Assembly: GCA_963704755.1 (NCBI GenBank)
Contig: OY969938.1
Span: 2,880,001 to 2,912,000 of the forward strand
From: an uncultured Chloroflexia bacterium
Lineage (GTDB): Bacteria; Chloroflexota; Anaerolineae; Anaerolineales; Anaerolineaceae
Reading direction: 5' to 3'
DNA: 32,000 bases
Shown here in pieces: positions 7,722 through 17,043 of the stretch. Each line of letters begins with the position of its first letter. Positions within the stretch are counted from its first letter, which is position 1. The notes under the pieces were generated by a model that worked only from the letters and a program-made list of their open reading frames with translations, was not told where the DNA came from and did no database searches. The position numbers and the translations under genes are program-made.

Positions 7722-8784
7722 AGACCTGACCAGTACCAACCTGTTCGTCAACCGGGTGATGGTAGTGATGATGCCGATGATGATGCTCATCATGAACGGG
7801 TTGTCGGTGCTGATTATCTGGATCGGCGCGCACCAGGTGGCCCAATCGGCCATGCAGGTTGGCGACATGATCGCCTTCTTGCAGTACACCATGCAGATCG
7901 TGATGGCCTTCCTGATGCTCTCGCTGATGTTCATCATCTTGCCGCGTGCTTCGGTTTCGGGCGGCCGTATTGCCGATGTGCTCGAGACCAAGCCGACCAT
8001 CCTCGACCCGGAGAAACCCCGCCTGCTCAACGGCCCTGCCAAAGGAGCAGTCGAGTTCCGCAACGTTTCCTTCCGTTACCCTGGCGCTGAAGAGGACGTC
8101 TTGCACGACATCAACTTCACCGCTTTACCGGGCCAGACCACGGCCATCATCGGCTCGACCGGCTCCGGAAAATCGACCATCATCAACCTGATCCCACGCT
8201 TTTATGACGTGACCGGCGGTTCCATCAATGTCGATGGGATCGATATCCGCGAATTGACCCAACACGATCTGCGTGACCAGATTGGCTACGTACCGCAAAA
8301 GAGCCCGTTGTTTACCGGTACGATCGATAGCAACCTGCGCTATGCCGACGAAAACGCCAGCGATGTTGCCATACAAGACGCGGTAGAAATTGCCCAGGCG
8401 GCCGAGTTTATTTACAGCAAACCGGAAGGCCTGGAGACCGAGATTTCACAAGGCGGCAAGAATGTATCCGGCGGCCAGAAACAGCGGCTTTCCATCGCCC
8501 GCGCACTGGTCAAAAAGCCACCCATCTATATCTTCGATGACAGTTTTTCTGCCCTGGACTTTAAGACCAATTCTGCTTTGCGAAAAGCGCTTAAAGATAA
8601 AACCGCTGCCAGCACTGTGCTGATCGTAACCCAACGTGTTTCTACGATCAAAAATGCCGAGCAAATCATCGTGCTCGACGAAGGCAAAATTGTAGGAAAA
8701 GGCACGCACCACGAATTAATGGACTCCTGCGAACCTTATCGGGAAATTGCCTTATCGCAGCTCCGCATGGAGGAATTGGGATGA
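7690..8784 (+). CDS. ABC exporter, C-terminal fragment (TM5-TM6 + nucleotide-binding domain); continuation of 6543..7721 in the +1 frame
   Basis: Begins (TTG)KKNRFDVANKDLTSTNLFVNRVMVVMMPMMMLIM. Walker A is GSTGSGKST and the signature is VSGGQKQRLSIARA. Walker B is IYIFDDSFSALD (Asp in place of the catalytic Glu), and the switch region is LIVTQRVS (Gln in place of His). This frame is open from 7660. Confidence 0.85.
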   Translation: MKKNRFDVANKDLTSTNLFVNRVMVVMMPMMMLIMNGLSVLIIWIGAHQVAQSAMQVGDMIAFLQYTMQIVMAFLMLSLMFIILPRASVSGGRIADVLETKPTILDPEKPRLLNGPAKGAVEFRNVSFRYPGAEEDVLHDINFTALPGQTTAIIGSTGSGKSTIINLIPRFYDVTGGSINVDGIDIRELTQHDLRDQIGYVPQKSPLFTGTIDSNLRYADENASDVAIQDAVEIAQAAEFIYSKPEGLETEISQGGKNVSGGQKQRLSIARALVKKPPIYIFDDSFSALDFKTNSALRKALKDKTAASTVLIVTQRVSTIKNAEQIIVLDEGKIVGKGTHHELMDSCEPYREIALSQLRMEELG

Positions 8785-10667
8785 GTATGCCATCGAGTAA
8801 CAACAATAATCGCCCCCCAGTGCGGCGTGGACCCATGGGCGGCTTTGGCGGCCATGGCCCGATGATGGGCGGAGGAGAAAAAGCCCGCGACTTTAAAGGT
8901 ACGATGGGTAAATTGATCCAGTACCTGAGCGCTTATCGCCTTTCCATTGCCGTCGTCTTATTTTTTGCAATTGGCTCTACGGTATTTGGCATTGTTGGCC
9001 CTAAGATTCTGGGTAAAGCCACGACCAAGCTATTCGAGGGCGTGCTGGGCCAGATCGCCGGCACCGGAACGGGCATCGACTTTGCCTATATCGGCAATAT
9101 CCTGCTCACCGTGGCCGGGCTATACCTGTTCTCATCGGTATTCAGCTATATCCAGGGTTGGGTCATGTCGTCGGTTTCGATGGATATCACCTACCGGATG
9201 CGCAAGGATATCTCCGAGAAGATCAACCGCATGCCGCTGAAGTATTTCGACCGCACCAGCCAGGGTGAAGTACTTTCGCGCATCACCAACGATGTGGATA
9301 CGGTCAGCCAGACCTTGAACCAGAGCATGACCCAGATGATCACTTCGGTGATCACCGTAATCGGCGTGTTGGTGATGATGTTCTCGATCAGCTGGATGAT
9401 GACCCTGGTGGCTTTGGTGATCGTGCCGCTCTCCATGCTGGTCACCAGTTTTGTGATCAAAAAGTCGCAAATTTACTTCAAACAACAGCAGGACTTCCTG
9501 GGGCATGTCAACGGCCACGTGGAAGAAATGTACGGCGGCCACACGGTCATGAAAGCCTTCAACGGCGAAGAGAAGAGCGTCGAGCAATTCGATGTGTATA
9601 ACAATACCCTCTTCGATGTAGCCTGGAAGTCACAATTCCTGTCCGGCATGATGATGCCGATCATGAACTTCATCGGTAACCTGGGCTACGTGGCCGTATC
9701 CATCCTGGGCGGATGGCTGGCCATCCGCAACGCCATCACCGTTGGCGATATCCAGGCCTTCATTCAATATGTGCGCTCGTTCACTCAGCCGATCGGCCAG
9801 TTGGCCAACATTTCCAACATCTTGCAGCAGACGGCTGCCGCGGCCGAGCGGGTGTTCGAGTTCCTGGCCGAAGAAGATGAAATCCTCGAGACGACCAGCC
9901 CGGTGAAACTCACTCATGTGGTCGGCGAGGTTGAGTTCCAGCACGTCCATTTCGGCTATAACCCGGAAAAAACGATCATTAACGATTTTTCAGCCGTGGC
10001 AAAACCTGGCCAAAAGATCGCCATCGTTGGCCCGACCGGGGCCGGTAAGACCACCATGGTCAAGCTGCTAATGCGTTTCTACGATGTCAACAGCGGCGCT
10101 ATCCTGGTGGATGGCCACAACATCCAGGATTTCACCCGCCAGGACTTACGCAAGATCTTCGGCATGGTGCTGCAGGATACCTGGTTGTTCAACGGGACCA
10201 TTATGGAAAATATCCGCTATGGCCGCCCGGATGCGACCGATGCTGAGGTTATCGCGGCCGCCAAGGCTGCCCACGTGCACCACTTCGTGCGCACGCTGCC
10301 GGAAGGGTACCAGATGGTGCTCAATGAAGAAGCCAGCAACGTCTCGCAAGGGCAAATGCAGCTTCTGACCATCGCGCGAGCCGTGCTGGCCGATCCGAAA
10401 GTGCTTATTCTGGACGAGGCCACCAGTTCGGTCGATACACGGACCGAGGTGCTCATTCAGAAAGCAATGGATGCGCTGATGCAAAACCGCACCAGCTTCA
10501 TCATCGCCCACCGCCTGTCCACCATCCGCAACGCCGACCTGATCCTGGTGATGCGCGACGGCGACATCGTCGAGCAGGGCAATCACGAGGAACTGCTGGC
10601 GCAGGGCGGCTTCTACGCCGAACTGTACAACAGCCAGTTCGATAAAGTGCCGGTATTAGAGGCATAG
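8781..10667 (+). CDS. ABC exporter permease/ATP-binding protein (partner subunit with consensus ATPase site)
   Basis: 628 aa, with an ATGA start/stop overlap with the previous gene. Gly-rich N-terminus. Walker A is GPTGAGKTT and Walker B is ILILDEATSSVD. The H-loop is FIIAHRLST. The signature is non-canonical (VSQGQMQLLTIARA). Confidence 0.95.
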   Translation: MSMPSSNNNNRPPVRRGPMGGFGGHGPMMGGGEKARDFKGTMGKLIQYLSAYRLSIAVVLFFAIGSTVFGIVGPKILGKATTKLFEGVLGQIAGTGTGIDFAYIGNILLTVAGLYLFSSVFSYIQGWVMSSVSMDITYRMRKDISEKINRMPLKYFDRTSQGEVLSRITNDVDTVSQTLNQSMTQMITSVITVIGVLVMMFSISWMMTLVALVIVPLSMLVTSFVIKKSQIYFKQQQDFLGHVNGHVEEMYGGHTVMKAFNGEEKSVEQFDVYNNTLFDVAWKSQFLSGMMMPIMNFIGNLGYVAVSILGGWLAIRNAITVGDIQAFIQYVRSFTQPIGQLANISNILQQTAAAAERVFEFLAEEDEILETTSPVKLTHVVGEVEFQHVHFGYNPEKTIINDFSAVAKPGQKIAIVGPTGAGKTTMVKLLMRFYDVNSGAILVDGHNIQDFTRQDLRKIFGMVLQDTWLFNGTIMENIRYGRPDATDAEVIAAAKAAHVHHFVRTLPEGYQMVLNEEASNVSQGQMQLLTIARAVLADPKVLILDEATSSVDTRTEVLIQKAMDALMQNRTSFIIAHRLSTIRNADLILVMRDGDIVEQGNHEELLAQGGFYAELYNSQFDKVPVLEA

Positions 10668-10680
10668 CGATTAATAAAAA

Positions 10681-10721
10681 AGCGGGTCGCGGTATTCACC
10701 GCGACCCGCTTTTTTTATTTT
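10681..10721. terminator. Bidirectional intrinsic terminator between convergent genes
   Basis: agcgggtcgcgg (10681-10692), loop tattca, ccgcgacccgct (10699-10710). It is flanked by aaaaa upstream and ttttttatttt downstream. Confidence 0.8.
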
Positions 10722-10729
10722 AACTGGAA

Positions 10730-13700
10730 CTAATGCCCTTTGTGTGATTGGTTCTTGGGCACGGTAACTTCGGCCGACTTGACCGTGACGTTGCCGGCGG
10801 CGTCGCTGACGCTGTAGGTGATGGTATAAACCCGCCCATTTCCATTGCCGAGCCGTTCGGCCCGTAACTGGAAGTGGAAATCGTCCAGGATGACGATGTC
10901 GTTGGGCTTGTCGCCCGGTTCAGCCTGATCCGGTTCGTTGGAGGTGACCGAAACGAGCTGGATGGTGGGGGAGGGATCGGTATCGTCTGTGGCCGTGACG
11001 CTGGCGGTTACGTTGACGTATTTATGGTTCGGAGGCCAGAGCTCATCCGGCGTGACGTGGATGTTGACGGTGGGCGCCTGGCTGTCCAGGTTGATGTCCA
11101 CCAGCACCGGGTCGTGGTCCGAGGCGCGGAATTCATCCGGACTGTACATCGAAACCAGTTGGCCGGCGGACTTGAAGTCGGTGTTGTAGTCCAGTTCGGT
11201 CGGCTCGTCCGAATTGATGTGCCAGTCGGCGACGTTGACTACCTCCGGCGTCATCCCGGCCGTGCCCAGGGCGTGGTCCAGGTAGCCCCATTCGCCGTCG
11301 AACACGTAGGAGTAGGCCTGGTCGCCTTCAAAGGCAGCCACCAGGTTGGTGTAACCGGCCGATTGGATGGCCGTGATCGGGTCTTCTTTGGCGTAGGAGT
11401 TCAGGTCCCCGACGATGAGCACGTCCGGTTGGCCGGTGCCGGTCGGGTCGCCGGCCAGCCAGGTTGTTAACAGGTTGGCCGCGTTGGTGCGCACTGTGTT
11501 GCAATTGGCCTGGCCGTCCAGGGCATCCGGCGCGTCGCAGGCGCTGCCCTTACTCTTGAGGTGGTTGACATCCACCACAAAGCTGGCCCCGCTGGACACT
11601 TCCTGGAAAGCCTGTGCCAGGGAGGGGCGGTTGCGGTCGGCCGAATCGCCGCCGGTGACGAATTCGGGGCTGTTCAACACCGCCGTGGTTCCCACCGGGG
11701 TGACTTTGGCGGGCTTGTAGATCAGCCCAACCTTGATGGCGTCGGTGCCCAGGGCGTTGACCTGCCCGGTGGCGGCATCGGCATCGATGAAGGCGTACGT
11801 GCCCGGCGCAGTGGCGTCGTTGAGCCTGTCCACCAGGAACTGGATGGCGCTGTCCGGCCCGTAACCGTTATTTTCCATCTCGGTCACGCCGATAATATCA
11901 GCCTGGGTGCCGGTGACGGCGGCCACGGTTTTAGCCCACTGGCGGTCGAATTCGGTGGAGTTATCGGCCCCACGGCAGTCGGTGGGATCGCCGCCGACGC
12001 CCAGGGTGCAGTCGCTGCCGAACGTATTGAAGAAGTTGAGCAGGTTCATCCCGGCCACGCGAAGCCGGCCGGCCGGCGCGGGTGAGCTATTTGGGCGCGG
12101 GTTGGCGGCCTGGAAATCGGGCACACCGCCCCCCAGGGCGTCGATTGGCCGCACGCGGTAAGCGTTCCCGCTGGCCGAATTGCCTGCCCAGGTGTAGGTC
12201 ATTACCCCCACGATACCGGTGGCGCTGTCGCCGCCGCGCAGGGTGTTACTGGCAGAAAGCGGGTTGCCGCCCCGGCCGAACAGGACCGGGTCGGGATCCT
12301 GGTTATTCAGGTTGTCGTCGAGCAAAATGCTATTGAGGTTGTTGGCGGCCTGGAGCGCATTGGCGTCCGTGCCCGGCGAGACCAGGTTGGTTGGCTCCTG
12401 CAGCCGGTCTCCGGAGGAGAGGGTCACCTGCCCAAAGCGGCCAAGCTGGTAGATTTCGGTCACGTAGAGCGTTTGCGGCAGGCGCACCAGCATGCCTTCG
12501 TAGCGCTCGGGATAGTCGGCGGAGGGGAAGGGCAGGGTCACGTCGGTGGGCTCGACCGAGCCGGTGCCGCAGGGGGTGATCGACGAGAGCGTATCGATCT
12601 CGGTCTGGTCCTGGTAGTCGCTGGCCGAACCGGAGACGCGCACCACATCGCCCAGGCTGACGCTGTCGTTGTTGCCGTTGAACACGAAAATCCCGTCCGA
12701 AGTGGCCGGGTCGCCGTCGCCGGTCAGGTCTTGCAGGTAAAAGCCGCGCAGGGCCGGCGAAGGTCCTTCATAGTCGCCCACCACCACGCCTTCGGTGGTG
12801 ACCGGCCCGGTGATGGCGGCCGTAAGCCCGCTGCCCTGGATATCATAGATGGGGGTATAGCTCAGGGAGCACACATTCTGGGTAGAAAACGTAGACGAGA
12901 AGTCCGCGTTCATGTTGTCGGGCGGGTCGATGGTGTCCTGGTCGGTCACGTCGGCTGCGAACACGGTCAGCGTGCACGATTCGTTCGCGTCGAAGTCGCT
13001 GTTGGGGTCGATGGTGAACTCGGTCGGGCCGCCGGAAACGGTCGCGTCGGCCACGCCGCGCGTACCGGTCACCGAGCAGTCCAGGCTGAACCAGTCGCCG
13101 CTGAGGTCCACCGGCTCACTGAAGGTGACCACGATGTTATCCGAGGGGCTTACACCAGAGGCGCCATCGGCGGGTGAAGTGCCGGTTACACTGGGGGCCG
13201 TATCCACTGCGGTGCCGCAGGTGGCGGTATGTGATCCCAGGCCATCGAAGGTATTATTTGCGTAACCATCCCACTCCACGCTCGGATCGAAAGCGTCCGA
13301 TCCGTTCGGGTCGCCGGAGCAAATGGTGCTCTTGCGCCGCAGGGTATTATCCGCTGTGCTGGTCAGCCCGCTGCCCCATTCGCTGCCCGGGTCGGTACCG
13401 ATCTGGCCGATCACGTCCAGGGTGGTGGAGCCCTCGACCAGGGCCACGGCATCGTCGCCGTTGAACCAGCCTGAGCCGTTGGTCTGGTCGGCCACGGCCA
13501 GGATGGCCGGGTCAGCCGAGGATTGGGCGATCACGTACACGTCCCCCGCGGCTACCGTGCCGGTCAGGGAGATGGTCAGACCGGCAGAGCTGCTGCCGTT
13601 GAAGTACATCTGAATGGCGTAGCCGCCGGCAGCCAGGTCCACGGCCGCGGCGGTGCCATTGTAGATTTCCAGGGCCTTGTTATTGCTCGAGCCCTCGACA

Positions 13701-13822
13701 TATTCGGAAAAGAAGAGGTCAGTGGTGTCTGCACGAACCTGGACCTGCGGAAAAGATAGCAGGCCCAATATCATCGACAGGGTCAGCACAAGCGGCATGA
13801 CCATAAACCTTGGTTTAAACAT
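10730..13822 (-). CDS. ExeM/NucH-family secreted endonuclease (LTD domain + Ig-like domains + endonuclease/exonuclease/phosphatase domain)
   Basis: 1030 aa. Signal peptide MFKPRFMVMPLVLTLSMILGLLSFPQVQVRA. LTD-like segment DLFFSEYVEGSSNNKALEIYNGT...GDDAVALV. Ig-like segment APSVTGTSPADGASGVSPSDNIVVTFSEPV. EEP motifs LRVAGMNLLNFF, DIIGVTEMENN and SDHDPVLVDI. C-terminal WPPNHKYV Ig-like module. AGGAG RBS before the ATG at 13822. Confidence 0.9.
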   Translation of the reverse strand: MFKPRFMVMPLVLTLSMILGLLSFPQVQVRADTTDLFFSEYVEGSSNNKALEIYNGTAAAVDLAAGGYAIQMYFNGSSSAGLTISLTGTVAAGDVYVIAQSSADPAILAVADQTNGSGWFNGDDAVALVEGSTTLDVIGQIGTDPGSEWGSGLTSTADNTLRRKSTICSGDPNGSDAFDPSVEWDGYANNTFDGLGSHTATCGTAVDTAPSVTGTSPADGASGVSPSDNIVVTFSEPVDLSGDWFSLDCSVTGTRGVADATVSGGPTEFTIDPNSDFDANESCTLTVFAADVTDQDTIDPPDNMNADFSSTFSTQNVCSLSYTPIYDIQGSGLTAAITGPVTTEGVVVGDYEGPSPALRGFYLQDLTGDGDPATSDGIFVFNGNNDSVSLGDVVRVSGSASDYQDQTEIDTLSSITPCGTGSVEPTDVTLPFPSADYPERYEGMLVRLPQTLYVTEIYQLGRFGQVTLSSGDRLQEPTNLVSPGTDANALQAANNLNSILLDDNLNNQDPDPVLFGRGGNPLSASNTLRGGDSATGIVGVMTYTWAGNSASGNAYRVRPIDALGGGVPDFQAANPRPNSSPAPAGRLRVAGMNLLNFFNTFGSDCTLGVGGDPTDCRGADNSTEFDRQWAKTVAAVTGTQADIIGVTEMENNGYGPDSAIQFLVDRLNDATAPGTYAFIDADAATGQVNALGTDAIKVGLIYKPAKVTPVGTTAVLNSPEFVTGGDSADRNRPSLAQAFQEVSSGASFVVDVNHLKSKGSACDAPDALDGQANCNTVRTNAANLLTTWLAGDPTGTGQPDVLIVGDLNSYAKEDPITAIQSAGYTNLVAAFEGDQAYSYVFDGEWGYLDHALGTAGMTPEVVNVADWHINSDEPTELDYNTDFKSAGQLVSMYSPDEFRASDHDPVLVDINLDSQAPTVNIHVTPDELWPPNHKYVNVTASVTATDDTDPSPTIQLVSVTSNEPDQAEPGDKPNDIVILDDFHFQLRAERLGNGNGRVYTITYSVSDAAGNVTVKSAEVTVPKNQSHKGH

Positions 13823-13857
13823 GAGCTTCTCCTTTGTGAAATTTTGTCCCCATTCGA

Positions 13858-13890
13858 GGAGTTTGCAGGTTCAACACACCTGCAAACTCC
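13858..13890 (-). terminator. Hairpin downstream of the MFS gene (possible terminator, no U-tract)
   Basis: ggagtttgcaggt (13858-13870), loop tcaacac, acctgcaaactcc (13878-13890). It sits between the MFS stop (13902) and the nuclease start (13822). Confidence 0.35.
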
Positions 13891-13901
13891 TTAAACCAGG
13901 A

Positions 13902-15470
13902 CTATTCCCCGCTGGATTGAAGTTGTTCATTGGTTTTCTTGCGAATCAGCCAGACGCTGACCAGGGCGCTCAGCCAGGCCAGGCCGGCATCGATCAGCAA
14001 TACGGTATTGACCGTCTTGACAAAGGCCCGGTCGATGGCCTGATTTACGGCAGAAGTGACCGCTGGCGACAAACCTGCCGGCGCCTGGAGTGCCCCTAAT
14101 TGGGCTGCGCCGGATCGAAGGGCGCTGGCAGCCTGGTCCGAGAGGCCCAGGGTAGCGGTTTGTTGGGCAAGCTGGGCCTGGAAGTGGAACAACGCGACGG
14201 CACCCAGGATCGCGATGGCTAAAACACCGGCCGTGCGGGCGACGGCGTTGTTGATCCCCGAGGCGGTGCCGGAATACTGGCTATCTACTGCGCCTAATAC
14301 TGTGGCAGTCAGAGGCGAGACGGTCAGCCCCATACCGACGCCGAAGATCAGGATGCCTGGGAAAAAGGTAGTCCAGTAAGCGGACGGGCCGGCCGTCAAC
14401 CCGGCCAGGCTGAGGACGAAAAACCCGACCCCAACCAGGGCCGGGCCCAGAATCAATAAACGCCGCGGGCCGAGCAGGTCGGCCTGGCGGCCGGCCCAGC
14501 GCGAAAGCGCTGCCAGGGTCAGGGCAAAGGGCAGAAAGGATAACCCGGCCAGGCTTTCGGGATAGCCCTGGGTCTGGATCAGGTCGAGGGAGAGGAAAAA
14601 CGAGTTGGCGTTCAAAGCGCCGTACAGAAACAAGGTCAGCAGGTTGGCCCCGCTGAAAGTCGTCGAGCGGAAGAGGGGCAGCGGCATCATCGGGCTGGGG
14701 CTGAGGCGCTCGACGACCAGGAACAGGACCAGAAAAAGCAAGCCGACTCCCAGCGGCAGGAACACACTTGGGTTGGCGAAACCCAGGCCGGGGGCGGAGA
14801 TGAAGCCGTAAGTTAACCCGGCCAGGGCCAGGGCGATCAGCGCTGCGCCGGGCCAGTCGATGTGGCCACCCTCGTTGCCGCGTGTTTCGGGCACCCGTGT
14901 CGTCAAGATCGCCAGCGAGACCACGCCCAGGGGAATGTTGATCAGGAAGACCCAGCGCCACAGACCGGCCCCGGCCAGCAGACCGCCCAGGGCCGGGCCG
15001 ATGATGGTGACCAGGGTGGTGACCGACGACCAGGTGCCGATGGCGCGCCCACGGCGGTTTTCGACTACCGTGGCGTTGATGATGGCCAGGCTGCCGGGGA
15101 TCATCAACGCGCCGCCCAGGCCCTCCAGCACCCGGGCCGCAATCAGAAAAACGATCGAAGGGGCCAGGCCGCAGGCCAGCGAGCCGGCCATAAAGATAGC
15201 GATGCCGGCGGCAAAAACCTTCTTGCGCCCCAGGCGGTCACCCAGCGACCCACCGACCAAAATCAATGCAGCCAGGATGAGCAGATAGGAGTTGATAATC
15301 CACAGAAGCTGCGGCCCGGTGGCAGCCAGGCCGGTCTGAATGGCCGGCAAGGCCACGTTAAGAGCCGTGGTATCGATAAAGGCCATCGAAGTGGCCAGGA
15401 TTGTCGCAACAAGTACCCAGCGCTCGGCGTCAGCGGACCGGCCGGCCGTCCCGTTCAGGGTTGCGTCCAT
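13902..15470 (-). CDS. MFS transporter, DHA2 (EmrB/QacA-like, 14-TMS) drug:H+ antiporter family
   Basis: ORF 13902..15503. The N-terminus ...WVLVATILATSMAFIDTTALNVALPAIQ and GSLGDRLGRKKVF are typical DHA2 motifs. About 14 hydrophobic segments. I prefer the ATG at 15470 (MDATLNG) because GGGGA lies 5 nt upstream. ATG at 15503 is the alternative. Confidence 0.9.
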   Translation of the reverse strand: MDATLNGTAGRSADAERWVLVATILATSMAFIDTTALNVALPAIQTGLAATGPQLLWIINSYLLILAALILVGGSLGDRLGRKKVFAAGIAIFMAGSLACGLAPSIVFLIAARVLEGLGGALMIPGSLAIINATVVENRRGRAIGTWSSVTTLVTIIGPALGGLLAGAGLWRWVFLINIPLGVVSLAILTTRVPETRGNEGGHIDWPGAALIALALAGLTYGFISAPGLGFANPSVFLPLGVGLLFLVLFLVVERLSPSPMMPLPLFRSTTFSGANLLTLFLYGALNANSFFLSLDLIQTQGYPESLAGLSFLPFALTLAALSRWAGRQADLLGPRRLLILGPALVGVGFFVLSLAGLTAGPSAYWTTFFPGILIFGVGMGLTVSPLTATVLGAVDSQYSGTASGINNAVARTAGVLAIAILGAVALFHFQAQLAQQTATLGLSDQAASALRSGAAQLGALQAPAGLSPAVTSAVNQAIDRAFVKTVNTVLLIDAGLAWLSALVSVWLIRKKTNEQLQSSGE

Positions 15471-15831
15471 AAGTTCCCCATTAAACAAGCTGTCGCAGAT
15501 CACAGCAGGAATTCAATTATTATGTTTATCTATAATACCCGATTAATGGCGCTAAGCCTAGCAGGAAAATAAGGGCTAACAGACGGTTTACAGGCGGTTT
15601 GCATCGGGCTGGGAGGAGCGATTGCCTTAACCTTCGAATGGTGTCAACAGCACTTTGCCGGCAAACTGCCGGTTTATTGGATAGATTAAGAAGGGCAGGT
15701 TGGCTTGCATTATGATGGAAGTTATACAATACTTATAATAAGAGTTGTGCAAATCGTTGATCTTTACACGAATAGATAATTCGCAAGTTGGATTCAGGTG
15801 ATATTCAACGGAACTCAAATTGAGGGGGCTG

Positions 15832-16200
15832 GTGAAGACAAAGAGTAGTGTTTCACAAGAAAATCCATTTGCAGAAATAATCGATGAAGAATTAAGTTCA
15901 ATCGAGTTTGTTAGAGACTAGATTCAATTCCGTTTTGATGGTCCTACGTTAACGGCCTTTACCGATCCTGAAATTATTGTAAATGGAATACCTCATAAAC
16001 GCGCATCTGAGGATTTCTGCAACCTGGTTTTAAAGTGTATCGGGCAAGCGGTAATTTCAGCTATGGTGGAAGAAGGAAAAGTAATAACCATCTTGTTTGA
16101 GAATGGATTTACTCTGTCGATATCCTTAAAGCCTGAAGATTATGTGACGGCGGAGGCTGCAATTTTTGATGGTAGACAAATAGGATGGTGGGTCTGGTAG
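15832..16200 (+). pseudogene. Small immunity-like protein gene interrupted by an in-frame TAG
   Basis: GTG at 15832 after GAGGGGG. My translation is VKTKSSVSQENPFAEIIDEELSSIEFVRD*IQFRFDGPTLTAFTDPEIIVNGIPHKRASEDFCNLVLKCIGQAVISAMVEEGKVITILFENGFTLSISLKPEDYVTAEAAIFDGRQIGWWVW. The TAG at 15919-15921 falls where a Tyr would be expected (FV.DY.Q..FDG pattern). Not in the ORF track. Confidence 0.5.
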
Positions 16201-16302
16201 TAAAAAGTAACCTGTTCTAAAGAAGAAATGGACCATTTTCATTTTCGGAAAAAATGAATAAACCGTAAGTTTGCCACTTTATGTTCTGTTAGGAGGGAAA
16301 GA

Positions 16303-16587
16303 ATGGACGTAATTATCCCAGTTTTTAATATGTTTTGCTTAATATTGGTCATTGTGGGTATTCGGCGGTGGCAAAAAAGACATGGCAAATTGAGTGAAAA
16401 GTCAATGGCATTGATTTTGTGTGGGTATGGAAGTTTATTCACGATAACCACCTTTGTTGCAATTTACTTTGACACCGACCACGCGCCTCTCTCATTATTA
16501 CTTGGTCTCCTTTTCTTAGTAATGGTTTGGAGCCTCGGGTATTTCTTTGCCCGGTGGTTATATCGCCAGATCTATGCACAACGATAG
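16303..16587 (+). CDS. Small 3-TM membrane protein (paralog 1), possible immunity protein
   Basis: 94 aa. AGGAGGG RBS before the ATG. Three hydrophobic segments. Ends FFARWLYRQIYAQR and contains RRWQKRHGKLSEK. Paralogous to 16636..16905. Confidence 0.6.
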   Translation: MDVIIPVFNMFCLILVIVGIRRWQKRHGKLSEKSMALILCGYGSLFTITTFVAIYFDTDHAPLSLLLGLLFLVMVWSLGYFFARWLYRQIYAQR

Positions 16588-16635
16588 TGACCCGACAGGG
16601 GTTCCACGTTTCAGCACAGAAAGGGGACTGATAGT

Positions 16636-16905
16636 ATGGTTTTTCTTTTGATTTGCGCAATCCTTGCCTTTCTAGGGATGACCCACATGCAAGCAAGATG
16701 GTATCGACAGGGAAAGCTAACCGAAAACAATTTCGTGCCATTTCAGGCATTTATCTGGAGCTTTCTCATTCTGGCGATCTGTCTGTCTTTTTCATCGACC
16801 CTTACAGGGATATATATCGGTGGAGCACTCTTTTTTCTAATTTTTTTCGGTGGGTTCCCGGTCGCTCGATGGTTTTATAGGAAATTCATCGTGCAGAAAC
16901 CATAA
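16636..16905 (+). CDS. Small 3-TM membrane protein (paralog 2), possible immunity protein
   Basis: 89 aa. AGGGGA RBS. Contains ARWYRQGKLTEN and the C-terminal PVARWFYRKFIVQKP, mirroring the upstream ORF. Confidence 0.6.
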   Translation: MVFLLICAILAFLGMTHMQARWYRQGKLTENNFVPFQAFIWSFLILAICLSFSSTLTGIYIGGALFFLIFFGGFPVARWFYRKFIVQKP

Positions 16906-17043
16906 GATGAGCCACATTACCACTTCGCCAGGTACAACGAAGATGGTAGTTCAGACATCGAGTTCGGTCATCCGTTTTGTTGGAGGAGCTTTGTAGGAAC
17001 CATAGTGCTACAAATTTTTGTATGGTCTGTGTTTGTGCCCTAG

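Noticed and set aside
15526-15818. Small minus-strand ORFs 15526..15729 and 15627..15818 at the left edge of the AT-rich island
   Set aside because: They are overlapping chance ORFs in AT-rich DNA, without an SD and with no motifs. The region more likely holds promoters for the MFS gene and the island genes.
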